Notes: generated from the sequence alone by a model not told the origin. A stretch of 64,000 bases of DNA from Alteromonadaceae bacterium UBA1282 (GCA_002308075.1 DBUU01000114.1:24552-88551), one strand, 5' to 3'. Positions 1 through 8,861 are shown, numbered from the stretch's first letter. Numbers and translations are program-made.

Positions 1-33
1 CAGCCTGATAATGTGCGTTGTTCAAAATTCACT

Positions 34-2226
34 ATGCCAATCATTGATGTAGCCGTTCCGGTACCACTACGACAAACCTTTAGTTACACCAGCGAGCAAA
101 AGCTGGCGCCGGGTGTACGGGTAAGCGTGCCCTTTGGTCGCCGTCAGCTAATCGGGGTAGTGACAGCAAGTTATAACGACCCGGCGGGCGAGACGGAGTC
201 TGAAGTTAAACTGAAAGCGGTAACCGAAGTTCTCGATGAGCAGCCGCTGTTTGATCCCACATTGCAAGCGTTAACTCAGTGGCTGGCCACTTATTATCAT
301 CATCCGATTGGTGAAGTCTGGGCGACGGTTATGCCCACCCGGTTGCGCAAAGGCGGGGCGTTGAGTGACAGCGTTCCGGCATTAACCTTAACCGAAGCCG
401 GGCAAGCCGAAGCGCAATCGCCTACTTTACGGGGCAAAAAACAGCTCGAATGCATCGCTTTACTGGCCAAAGGGCCGTTGGCCAGTGAAGAAATCAAAAC
501 CAAATTTTCTAATGTGGTGTTAAAGGCGCTGGAAGAGAAAGCGCTGACCACTCAAACCAGTATCCGCCTGACTGAAAAGCAGGACTGGGCGTCATTTAGT
601 CTGCAGCAAACACCGCCTGTTGCCTCTACCGAGCAGGGCGTGGCCATTGCGGCTATCAATCAGCAGGCCAGCCACTTTGTACCGTTTTTACTCGACGGTG
701 TAACCGGTAGCGGTAAAACCGAAGTGTATTTGCAGGTAATTGAGCCGGTACTCAAACAAGGCAGACAGGTGTTGATTCTGGTGCCGGAAATAGGCCTGAC
801 ACCGCAAACAGTAGGGCGCTTTGAGCGTCGCTTCGGTATTAATGTTGGCGTGTTGCACTCACAAATGACTGACCTGGCGCGGCTGAAGGTTTGGCAACAG
901 GCGCGGCGCGGAGAACTGGGGATTATCATTGGTACCCGCTCAGCCATTTTTACGCCGCTTAAAAGACCAGGCATGATCATTGTGGACGAAGAGCACGATG
1001 AGTCTTTTAAGCAGCAGGATGGCTTGCGTTACCATGCCCGGGATCTCGCGGTAAAGCGAGCCCATACCGAAAACGTACCCTTGATTCTGGGCAGTGCTAC
1101 ACCGTCGCTGGAAAGCCTGAATAACGCGCTGAATAAACGCTATACCCATTTAACCTTAAGTCAGCGGGCCGGCGGAGCCAGTCACACCCAGTTAAAGGTA
1201 CTCGATTCACGTGATCAGCCGCTCCATGCCGGAATAGCTCAGGGCCTGATAAGCATTATGCGCAGCCATCTGCAACAGGGTAATCAGGTGTTAGTGTTTT
1301 TAAACCGTCGCGGTTTTGCGCCGGCAGTGCTGTGTCATCATTGCGGCCAAACGGTCGATTGCAAAAGTTGTGAGCGGCCGTTTACCTACCATAAGTCCCA
1401 GGGCCGGCTGCAGTGCCATCATTGCGGCGCGAGCCGGCGAATGCCGCAGCAGTGCAGTGAGTGTAACAGCCACGACCTGCAAACCTCCGGCATTGGCACC
1501 GAGCAGCTCGAACAGGGACTGGGCCAGTTATTTCCCGATGTACAGCAGGTCAGAATCGACAGTGATGCGGTAAAAGGCAAAGACAAGCTTATCACCCGAC
1601 TCGATGAAATAAATGCGCGCAAATATCAGTTGCTGGTGGGCACGCAAATTTTGTCGAAGGGGCATCATTTTCCTCATGTAACCTTAGTCGTTGTGCTCGA
1701 CTGTGACGGCGCGTTATTCTCGGCTGACTTTCGGGCGGCGGAAAAGCTCGCGCAGTTGATTACGCAGTTGGCTGGTCGTGCCGGTCGCGCCAGTAAACCG
1801 GGCGAAATGTGGCTGCAAACCGATAACCCCGGCCACCCACTTTTACAGGATCTCATTAATAACGGCTTTGCACATTTTGCCCGTCAGGCATTGCAGGAGC
1901 GTAAGCTGGGGGCTCTGCCGCCGTATAGCAGTCAGGCCATTTTCCGCGCCGAAGCTCGCGAAGCCGGACTCGCCGCCAACCTGTTACAGCAGATACGCGA
2001 TTGCTACCGGGCCAGTGTGAATGTCGCCAAAGGGCAGTTTATCGGGCCGTTGCCCTGTTTGATAGAGAAACGCCAGGGGCGTTTTCGCTACATGCTGGTA
2101 TTACAGAGTCAGCAGCGCGCCGCGCTACATAGCTGGCTAAAACACCACCTGCCAGAGGTAGAAGCGTTACCTCTGGCTGGCAAGGTACGCTGGAGCCTGG
2201 ATATTGATCCGGTCGATCTGAGTTAA
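34..2226 (+). CDS. priA: Primosomal protein N' (replication restart helicase)
   Basis: Walker A GVTGSGKT, DEEH box, two CxxC...CxxC zinc motifs, C-terminal DIDP; ATG at 34 preferred over GTG at 13. Confidence 0.97.
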   Translation: MPIIDVAVPVPLRQTFSYTSEQKLAPGVRVSVPFGRRQLIGVVTASYNDPAGETESEVKLKAVTEVLDEQPLFDPTLQALTQWLATYYHHPIGEVWATVMPTRLRKGGALSDSVPALTLTEAGQAEAQSPTLRGKKQLECIALLAKGPLASEEIKTKFSNVVLKALEEKALTTQTSIRLTEKQDWASFSLQQTPPVASTEQGVAIAAINQQASHFVPFLLDGVTGSGKTEVYLQVIEPVLKQGRQVLILVPEIGLTPQTVGRFERRFGINVGVLHSQMTDLARLKVWQQARRGELGIIIGTRSAIFTPLKRPGMIIVDEEHDESFKQQDGLRYHARDLAVKRAHTENVPLILGSATPSLESLNNALNKRYTHLTLSQRAGGASHTQLKVLDSRDQPLHAGIAQGLISIMRSHLQQGNQVLVFLNRRGFAPAVLCHHCGQTVDCKSCERPFTYHKSQGRLQCHHCGASRRMPQQCSECNSHDLQTSGIGTEQLEQGLGQLFPDVQQVRIDSDAVKGKDKLITRLDEINARKYQLLVGTQILSKGHHFPHVTLVVVLDCDGALFSADFRAAEKLAQLITQLAGRAGRASKPGEMWLQTDNPGHPLLQDLINNGFAHFARQALQERKLGALPPYSSQAIFRAEAREAGLAANLLQQIRDCYRASVNVAKGQFIGPLPCLIEKRQGRFRYMLVLQSQQRAALHSWLKHHLPEVEALPLAGKVRWSLDIDPVDLS

Positions 2227-2346
2227 GTGTGGTTACTGGTAAACTTTCAGCGTTAACCACACTTTAAAGCAGCATTTTTGCCAAAGAGCAGGTACACTGC
2301 CTGCAGATAATAATAATCATCCACACAGGGAAATCGACACAGCATT

Positions 2347-2928
2347 ATGTCTCAACGCGATTACGTTTCTCGTGGACGTGCGCCACAAAAGAAAAATACC
2401 AAGAAAACAAAAAACAAAACTACCGCCAGACGAGGTCGTAACCAGCAGGAGCCACAGGTAACTGTACCCTGGGTAACGGTGGCCGTTGTGGTGGCTTTGC
2501 TACTGGGCTTTGCCTGGTTCTTGTGGTCAATTAAAGATAATGCCGATCCGGATACCGCTCAGCCGCTTACAGTAGAGCCTGCGCCTATCGAAGATGAGTT
2601 GCCGGAACTGCCGGAGGAAGAATGGGAATACATTAAAACCCTGCCGGGGTACGAGGTAGAAGTCGAAGTGGCCGAGCAGGAAAAATCCGATAAGCGTTAT
2701 CTGATGCAGTGCGCGTCGTTCAGAACCCGGGCTCAGGCCGATGAAATGCGCGCTAAAATTGCGTTTCAGGGGCTGGAGGCGCAGATCCGGCATAGCGATG
2801 GCGCCAATGGCGAATGGTTCCGTGTGATCCTTGGCCCCTTTGACGCCAAGCGCGACGCTGAGCGTGCCAAACACGCACTGCGCAAAGTAAATATCACCAC
2901 CTGCCAGATCTGGTTCTGGAATTTGTAA
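2347..2928 (+). CDS. ftsN: SPOR-domain cell division protein (FtsN-like)
   Basis: Basic N-terminus, one TM helix, C-terminal SPOR motif QCASFR...WFRVILGPF; lies between priA and hslV. Confidence 0.8.
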   Translation: MSQRDYVSRGRAPQKKNTKKTKNKTTARRGRNQQEPQVTVPWVTVAVVVALLLGFAWFLWSIKDNADPDTAQPLTVEPAPIEDELPELPEEEWEYIKTLPGYEVEVEVAEQEKSDKRYLMQCASFRTRAQADEMRAKIAFQGLEAQIRHSDGANGEWFRVILGPFDAKRDAERAKHALRKVNITTCQIWFWNL

Positions 2929-2936
2929 ATAATCGG

Positions 2937-2959
2937 AAGCCGGCAGTCGCCGGCTTTTT
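2937..2959 (+). terminator. Rho-independent terminator after ftsN
   Basis: AAGCCGGC-AGTC-GCCGGCTT followed by T-run. Confidence 0.75.
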
Positions 2960-3001
2960 AATTGACTGCTGCAAACGCCAGCGTATATTCACCTTTTAAG
3001 T

Positions 3002-3029
3002 CTTGAAAAATCGTCAGGCTCCCCCACCT
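3002..3029 (+). promoter_or_regulatory. Sigma-32 (RpoH) promoter of hslVU
   Basis: CTTGAAA-N13-CCCCACCT matches consensus CTTGAAA...CCCCATNT; hslVU is a known heat-shock operon. Confidence 0.75.
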
Positions 3030-3096
3030 ACTACTCATTGTCAACGCACAGACCGCCCGGCGGAAAGCTGTGCCAAACCACTACAGTGGAGTAAAC

Positions 3097-3621
3097 GTGA
3101 CTACAATAGTATCAGTCAGACGAGATAATCAGGTTGTCATGGCCGGCGATGGCCAGGTGTCATTGGGCAATACCGTAATGAAAGGCAATGCCCGTAAAGT
3201 ACGCCGCCTGTATCAAAATAAAGTATTAGCCGGTTTTGCCGGTGGTACCGCCGATGCGTTTACCTTGTTTGAACGCTTTGAAGCCAAACTGGAACTGCAT
3301 CAGGGGCACCTGACCAAAGCGGCAGTAGAGCTGGCCAAAGACTGGCGTACCGACCGCATGTTACGGCGTCTGGAAGCCTTACTGGCTGTCGCCGATGAAA
3401 CCGCTTCATTGATTATTACCGGTAACGGCGATGTGGTGCAGCCAGAGCAGGATCTAATCGCTATTGGCTCGGGTGGTAACTATGCCCAGGCCGCGGCCAC
3501 CGCGTTATTAAATAATACGCAGTTAACGGCACACGAAATTGCTACTCAGAGTTTATCTATTGCCGGCGACATTTGCGTGTTCACCAACCATAATCAAACG
3601 GTTGAAGTACTCGATTACTAA
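3097..3621 (+). CDS. hslV: ATP-dependent protease subunit HslV
   Basis: Mature N-terminus [19 protein letters not shown]; GTG at 3097 with GGAG RBS gives the catalytic N-terminal Thr. Confidence 0.97.
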   Translation: MTTIVSVRRDNQVVMAGDGQVSLGNTVMKGNARKVRRLYQNKVLAGFAGGTADAFTLFERFEAKLELHQGHLTKAAVELAKDWRTDRMLRRLEALLAVADETASLIITGNGDVVQPEQDLIAIGSGGNYAQAAATALLNNTQLTAHEIATQSLSIAGDICVFTNHNQTVEVLDY

Positions 3622-3693
3622 ATGAATTGTGTTGGCAGTGGCTAAGAAGCGGCTGCCCTACTGACCACCGTCAGTTTTACATAAGGGTTAATT

Positions 3694-5028
3694 ATGTCTG
3701 AAATGACACCAAGAGAAATTGTCCACGAACTGGACCGCCATATTATCGGTCAGCAAAGCGCTAAGCGCGCAGTCGCCATTGCGCTGCGTAACCGCTGGCG
3801 ACGTATGCAGTTAGCGCCAGAACTGCGCCAGGAAGTCACCCCGAAAAACATTTTAATGATTGGTCCAACGGGTGTAGGTAAAACCGAAATTGCCCGCCGT
3901 CTGGCCAAGCTGGCGAATGCGCCGTTTATTAAGGTAGAGGCAACAAAATTTACTGAAGTAGGTTATGTAGGTAAGGAAGTCGAAACCATCATTCGCGACC
4001 TGGCAGACATTGCGGTAAAAATGACCAAAGAGCAGGAAATGGCAAAGGTGCGCTATCGCGCTGAGGAAGCTGCCGAAGAGCGTATTCTGGATATCCTCAT
4101 CCCGCCTGCCGAAAATGCCTGGGGTGAAAAAGAGCGCTCGGAAGATCGCGGTACCCGCCAGTCTTTCCGCAAAAAACTGCGTGAAGGCAGTCTGGATGAC
4201 AAAGAAATCGAAATCGACGTTGCCCAGCAGCAAATTGGTGTAGAAATTATGGCCCCGCCGGGCATGGAAGAAATGACCAACCAACTGCAAGGCATGTTTG
4301 AAAATCTGTCATCTTCTGGTTCGCAGAAGAAGAAAAAGAAATTGCGCATCAAAGATGCCATGAAAGTGCTGATTGAAGAAGAAGCCGCACGGTTGGTAAA
4401 CAAAGAAGATCTTAAGGAAAAAGCCCTCGAAGCGGTGGAGCAACACGGCATCGTATTTGTGGACGAAATCGATAAGATCTGTAAGCGTGAAGGCGCTAAT
4501 TCAGCTGATGTTTCCCGCGAAGGTGTGCAACGTGACCTGCTGCCACTGGTAGAAGGCTCAACGGTGTCAACCAAGCACGGTATGATCAAAACCGACCATA
4601 TTCTGTTTGTGGCATCCGGTGCCTTCCAGATGAGCAAGCCGTCGGATCTGATCCCTGAATTACAGGGCCGTTTGCCTATCCGTGTTGAGCTTTCAGCGCT
4701 AAAAGTGGAAGACTTTAAACGTATTCTTACCGAGCCGAATGCATCGCTTACCGAGCAGTACATTGAGCTGATGAAAACCGAAGGCGTAACCGTTGAGTTT
4801 GCCGAAAGTGGTATTCAGCGAATTGCCGAAGCGGCCTGGCAGGTTAACGAGAAAACCGAAAACATCGGAGCCCGTCGCCTGCATACGGTGCTTGAACGTT
4901 TGATGGAAGATATTTCTTACGACGCGTCTGAAAAACAGGGCGAGACCTACATCATTGATGCCGATTACGTCAATGAGCACCTTGAGAGCCTGGTGGATAA
5001 CGAAGACCTAAGCCGCTTTATCCTCTAA
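3694..5028 (+). CDS. hslU: ATP-dependent protease ATPase subunit HslU
   Basis: [10 protein letters not shown] start, [25 protein letters not shown]-terminal SRFIL. Confidence 0.98.
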   Translation: MSEMTPREIVHELDRHIIGQQSAKRAVAIALRNRWRRMQLAPELRQEVTPKNILMIGPTGVGKTEIARRLAKLANAPFIKVEATKFTEVGYVGKEVETIIRDLADIAVKMTKEQEMAKVRYRAEEAAEERILDILIPPAENAWGEKERSEDRGTRQSFRKKLREGSLDDKEIEIDVAQQQIGVEIMAPPGMEEMTNQLQGMFENLSSSGSQKKKKKLRIKDAMKVLIEEEAARLVNKEDLKEKALEAVEQHGIVFVDEIDKICKREGANSADVSREGVQRDLLPLVEGSTVSTKHGMIKTDHILFVASGAFQMSKPSDLIPELQGRLPIRVELSALKVEDFKRILTEPNASLTEQYIELMKTEGVTVEFAESGIQRIAEAAWQVNEKTENIGARRLHTVLERLMEDISYDASEKQGETYIIDADYVNEHLESLVDNEDLSRFIL

Positions 5029-5037
5029 GCCCAACCA

Positions 5038-5128
5038 TACAAACCGGCCGGTACGTCTGTACCGGCCAGGCTTTACTTGCCACATTCCACTTACACCGTT
5101 GGTATTTGCGTGTACAAGGTTCTGAAAT
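5038..5128 (+). repeat. Left att-like direct repeat (91 bp)
   Basis: TACAAACCGGCCGGTACGTCTGTACCGGCC...AAGGTTCTGAAAT, near-identical to 8770-8861. Confidence 0.95.
5045..5066. terminator. GC-rich hairpin between hslU and the convergent luxR-like 3' end (second copy at 8777-8798)
   Basis: GGCCGGTAC-GTCT-GTACCGGCC perfect 9-bp stem; no long T-run. Confidence 0.5.
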
Positions 5129-5159
5129 TTCCCCCCACTTAGGTTACATCTTGAAGTGA

Positions 5160-5483
5160 CTAACAGAAAGCAATATCGCATCTGGCAGCACATTGTTTTT
5201 AGCAAACAATGGCAAGGCGTATAAGCCTGGCAAACTCTCAGAAATGGTCGGTCGATACGTTAAGCTCAGTGGTATGAAGCGCGGTGGTGCATGTCATTTG
5301 TTTCGGCATGCGACAGCAACCATTATGCTGGATCACGGCGTGGAGCTTCGGCATGTGCAGGAGATGCTCGGCCATGCTGACATTTCTACGACACAATTAT
5401 ATACGCATGTGTCTCGCATCAAGCTTGGTGAGGTGTACAACAAAAGTCATCCCTCAGCTTTGAGTAATGAGTGTTTATATTAA
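5160..5483 (+). pseudogene. Tyrosine recombinase (XerD-like) C-terminal fragment
   Basis: HLFRH, LGHADISTTQLY; frame extends only to a TGA at 5157, so the N-terminal domain and catalytic Arg are missing. Confidence 0.9.
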
Positions 5484-5498
5484 TCAGTACTAGCAATG

Positions 5499-5516
5499 GT
5501 AATGCAAATGCATTAC
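5499..5516. promoter_or_regulatory. Putative PrlF/YhaV autoregulatory operator
   Basis: Perfect inverted repeat GTAATGCA-AA-TGCATTAC just upstream of the prlF RBS. Confidence 0.6.
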
Positions 5517-5549
5517 TATTGCTGTGTGTACTCAATTGAGGATAGCAAC

Positions 5550-5879
5550 ATGCCGCAATTACCATTACAAACTGAATCAACTTTGACGGAGCGATATCAA
5601 ACGACCGTGCCTAGCGTTGTGCGCAAAGCACTGCATTTGGGTAAAAAAGATAAAATCAGGTTTACGGTGGAGCCTAACGGTAGTGTGACGTTATCGCGTG
5701 CCGAGCCTTCTGAAGATGATCCTGCGTTAGATTCATTTTTGGCTTTTTTAGGCAACGATATTGAACAACACCCAGAGAATATTCAAGCGCTAAGTCCTGC
5801 TATGCAAGCGTCTATTCAATCGTTGGTAGAGGGGGTTGAAATCGATTTGAACGCGCCACTAGATGAAGACGACGACTGA
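5550..5879 (+). CDS. prlF: Type II antitoxin PrlF (AbrB-like)
   Basis: ESTLTERYQTTVP...RKAL N-terminus, DPALDSFLAFL, acidic tail; GAGGA RBS before ATG 5550. Confidence 0.88.
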   Translation: MPQLPLQTESTLTERYQTTVPSVVRKALHLGKKDKIRFTVEPNGSVTLSRAEPSEDDPALDSFLAFLGNDIEQHPENIQALSPAMQASIQSLVEGVEIDLNAPLDEDDD

Positions 5880-5881
5880 TT

Positions 5882-6355
5882 TTGGCGGATAGTAGTTTTG
5901 TTGTAAAAAATGGTTGGACGCTATACGCCCATCCTTTGTTTATAGAGCAGTTAGCATCGTTGACTGCTCAAGTTAACGCTTTTAAAGCACGAGACCCTAT
6001 CGGCTACAAAAAGAAAAACGCGACCAAGCGATTAGCAGCAATAGAGAAGCTAATATTCGAAATCATTCCGAATGATCCTACAGCGACTGAATATCGCCAA
6101 GGTTCAACATTAGGTGACAACAACAAACACTGGTTCAGAGCAAAATTCTTCCAACAATATCGACTCTTTTTTCGCTATCATCAAGCATCTAAAGTTATCG
6201 TTTATGCGTGGGTTAACGATGAAAAAACCAAACGCGCATATGAAAGCAAAAACGATGCATATAAAGTATTTGCTAAACTGCTAGCTTCGGGCAATCCACC
6301 TGATAGTTGGGACGCTCTTTTAAAAATGGCTTCTGCTATAACATCAGATAAATAA
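5882..6355 (+). CDS. yhaV: Type II toxin YhaV (RelE-superfamily RNase)
   Basis: NGWTLYAHPLF, WFRAKFFQQYRLFFRY, AWVNDE, GNPPDSW; directly downstream of prlF. Confidence 0.9.
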   Translation: MADSSFVVKNGWTLYAHPLFIEQLASLTAQVNAFKARDPIGYKKKNATKRLAAIEKLIFEIIPNDPTATEYRQGSTLGDNNKHWFRAKFFQQYRLFFRYHQASKVIVYAWVNDEKTKRAYESKNDAYKVFAKLLASGNPPDSWDALLKMASAITSDK

Positions 6356-6390
6356 TCGTCTTTGAACTGCTCAGAATTAGCGGATCATAA

Positions 6391-6744
6391 AATCGATTAC
6401 TGTACTACAAAGCACGGATTTATCATCCAAAGCTAGGGCGATTCCTGCAAACTGACCCTGTGGGTTATGAAGACCAGATGAATCTTTATGCTTATGTGGG
6501 CAATGATCCGGTTGATATGACTGATCCTACAGGTAAATGTATGACTGATTCTAGTGGAAAGCAGACAAGTGGCATCTGTCCTGTATCGGGCGATAGCAAT
6601 GCAGCGGCGTTAGTCCAGGATAGGTTATCTGATCCAAACAGCATTGCTGGGCAGGTAGAGAAACAATTGAATGACAACGGGTCTATCACATTTGTGGACA
6701 CGACTGTTGTTAGCTCTGCAACCAGCTCTGTCATGACACTTTGA
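6391..6744 (+). pseudogene. Orphan Rhs core with truncated C-terminal toxin region
   Basis: In-frame LLYYKARIYHPKLGRFLQTDPVGYEDQMNLYAYVGNDPVDMTDPTG, the Rhs core ending in DPxG; no credible start codon. Confidence 0.9.
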
Positions 6745-7527
6745 TGGATGAGTACATGGCATATCTCAATGTTTACCGCAAACCGCTTGATGGGTGCAAC
6801 CGCTGTGTGCAGCCAATAAATACGATTTGATATTGTGCGTTAAAACTTTATCAAAAAGATGTTCAATCGTGGCCTGTTAACTGCTGACAAGCTTAGTAGC
6901 ATCGACTTACCCACGGTTGGCAGACCATTACCCAAGGCGAATTTTACTGCCGAGGAGGTCGAGCAAATCCTTGAGCAGCCTTTGTTATATGGCTTTAAGG
7001 GTATGCGAGACCGTGTGATACTTGAAACGCTGTTTGCCACAGGTATTCATAGAATAGAACTGTTGCATCTCGATATTGAGGATGTGGATTTTAATCAGCA
7101 ATTGATTAGGGTAAGAAAAGGCAAAGGTAATCGGGAGAACATTTTGCCAGTGAGTGATAGAGCAGTCGAATGGCTAGTGTTCTATCTGACCAAACTTCGC
7201 CTCAAACTGGCAACCTTACACTCGGGCAGTGCGCTGTTTCTAAACGATAAGGGAGCGCGATACCGTGCTTGCGCGTTATCTGATATGGCCTCGCGGTATG
7301 TTCGGTTTGCAGGGTTTAAGCGGTCGGGCTCTTGTCACCTGTTTCGCCATGCAACAGCCACTATCATGCTGGATAACGGCGCTGACATTCGGCATGTGCA
7401 AGAAATGCTGGTCCATGCTGACATTGCCAGCACACAAATCTACACCTTTGTTTCTCGCTCTAAGCTTCGCGATGTGTACAACAAGACACATCCGTCCGCA
7501 TTAAGCGATAAGAGGTTGTTCAGGTAG
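6744..7527 (+). pseudogene. Tyrosine recombinase (XerD-like), frameshifted and catalytically mutated
   Basis: ORF 6859-7527 has HLFRH and TQIY but TGIHRIEL (Arg to His) and LVH instead of LGH; upstream MDEYMAYLNVYRKPLDG is in another frame. Confidence 0.85.
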
Positions 7528-7584
7528 GGCATAATGGCTATTTCTTGCATGTTGAGGTAAAATCGTAGCAACACTGGAGGGTAT

Positions 7585-7743
7585 ATGAAAAACACCGTTG
7601 CAAAGACTGGCAATAGCCAAAAAGGTCGGTTTACCCCGAATATGGATAACTTCGAAGTAAGCCTGAGCTATGAAGGGCTTGCGCTCAAAAAAAGTAATGA
7701 GCGAAAAAGCATTACCAATTTAAAACGGAAGTATGCTCGATAA
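7585..7743 (+). CDS. Small Fic antitoxin (FicA/YhfG-like), 52 aa, not in ORF track
   Basis: GGAGG RBS; MKNTVAKTGNSQKGRFTPNMDNFEVSLSYEGLALKKSNERKSITNLKRKYAR contains the SxxxEG inhibitory motif; overlaps the fic start by 11 bp. Confidence 0.8.
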   Translation: MKNTVAKTGNSQKGRFTPNMDNFEVSLSYEGLALKKSNERKSITNLKRKYAR

Positions 7744-8332
7744 GTACGGGGTAACACAGGATAGATACTGTTACCCCGATGCTGACGTTCTTATCAATCA
7801 CCTTGATATACGCGACGCGGTGTTATTAGCAGAAGCCGAAGCTGAGTTCACCGCTGAGCGTTACAGAACATACGAAGCCCCCAAGCTAACAATAGCTGAT
7901 TTTACGCTGGAGCATCTAAAACAGCTCCACTATCACCTATTCCAGGATGTCTATGATTGGGCAGGTCAGTTAAGAGATGTTGATATTTCGAAAGGCGGCA
8001 CGCGGTTCTGTACATGGTCACGTATTGAGCCAGAAGCCAATAAGCTATTCAACACTATCCCAACTCTTGCGCATGTAGAAACTGAAGAAGCTTTAATATC
8101 AAAAGTGGCTGATGTATTTTGTGAGATAAACTTACTCCACCCATTCAGAGAAGGAAATGGCCGAATTCAGCGCTTCTTCTTCGAGGAAATGCTATTCACC
8201 TTGGGTTATGATGTGTCATGGCCTCGAATACCCCAGCAAGACTGGATAGATGCCAATATAGCAGGGGTAAATTTAGACTTGTCTCTTCTTGAGGCAATAT
8301 TTGCTCAGGCAATCTCATCCGATAGCGAATAA
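7733..8332 (+). CDS. Fic-domain AMPylase toxin (class I, FicT-like)
   Basis: Canonical HPFREGNGRIQR; N-terminal D.YCYP...VL.N.L.I and YDWAGQLRDVDISKG typical of FicT. Confidence 0.92.
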   Translation: MLDKYGVTQDRYCYPDADVLINHLDIRDAVLLAEAEAEFTAERYRTYEAPKLTIADFTLEHLKQLHYHLFQDVYDWAGQLRDVDISKGGTRFCTWSRIEPEANKLFNTIPTLAHVETEEALISKVADVFCEINLLHPFREGNGRIQRFFFEEMLFTLGYDVSWPRIPQQDWIDANIAGVNLDLSLLEAIFAQAISSDSE

Positions 8333-8534
8333 GAAAAAGGTGCTTGTATAGATGACAGGCATGAAACACGAATTAATTTAACCCAGCTAGATTTATCCAG
8401 CATTGCCACATAGAATCAACGATGGATATCGCTTACGAGGAAGTAAGCTGCTCTTTTAAAACCTGCTGGGATGCACCCCTCCTAAATATCAAAGCCTTTC
8501 TGAAAGATAACAGCATGGCTTGTGAATCCGATGA

Positions 8535-8606
8535 TTACTTTATATGCAGGCACGATACTATGATCCAGTTATCTGGCGGTTTTATCCGAACTATCCAATA
8601 GACTGA
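8535..8606 (+). pseudogene. Second, highly degenerate Rhs core remnant, not in ORF track
   Basis: Reads LLYMQARYYDPVIWRFYPNYPID-stop, matching the Rhs core pattern GLxYMQARYYDPxxGRFxSxDP. Confidence 0.75.
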
Positions 8607-8769
8607 ATAACTTATTTTGGTACTGAAAACGGAATTCCTACATAAGTCAAAATAGAAAATTGAATCCAACTCAATTGCGTCGAACTTGCGGGACTTAGTT
8701 TTAGATATTCATAGGCTTCAGTTGTCTAAAGTGTTTAACTGCCACAATACTATCCTGTAACGCCAAACT

Positions 8770-8861
8770 TACAAACCGGCCGGTACGTCTGTACCGGCCA
8801 GGCTTTACTTGCCACATTCCCGCTTACACCGTAGGGATTTGCGTGTACAAGGTTCTGAAAT
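8770..8861 (+). repeat. Right att-like direct repeat (92 bp)
   Basis: Copy of 5038-5128 differing by two substitutions and an A vs CG change. Confidence 0.95.

Larger units (their letters stand above)
5038..8861. mobile_element. Decayed integrative island bounded by direct repeats; carries recombinase remnants, two TA systems and Rhs remnants
   Basis: 91/92-bp direct repeat at both ends, visibly AT-richer interior, tyrosine recombinase and TA cargo. Confidence 0.85.

Noticed and set aside
4053-4763. 236-aa minus-strand ORF and similar long antisense ORFs (e.g. 21878-22330, 22760-23305, 55555-56112, 58293-59015)
   Set aside because: They lie opposite well-supported genes, show no motifs or RBS, and are typical shadow ORFs
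8422-8601. 59-codon + strand ORF (MDIAYEEV...)
   Set aside because: No motif; overlaps the Rhs remnant in another frame
8615-8730. Minus-strand TTEAYEYLKLSPAS resembling an excisionase helix
   Set aside because: Preceded by a stop, no start codon, match too short
5129-8769. Integron attC sites, dif site or transposon inverted repeats within the island
   Set aside because: No RYYYAAC...GTTRRRY pairs or dif-like sequence seen; only a 6-bp GTTACA/TGTAAC match at the inner ends
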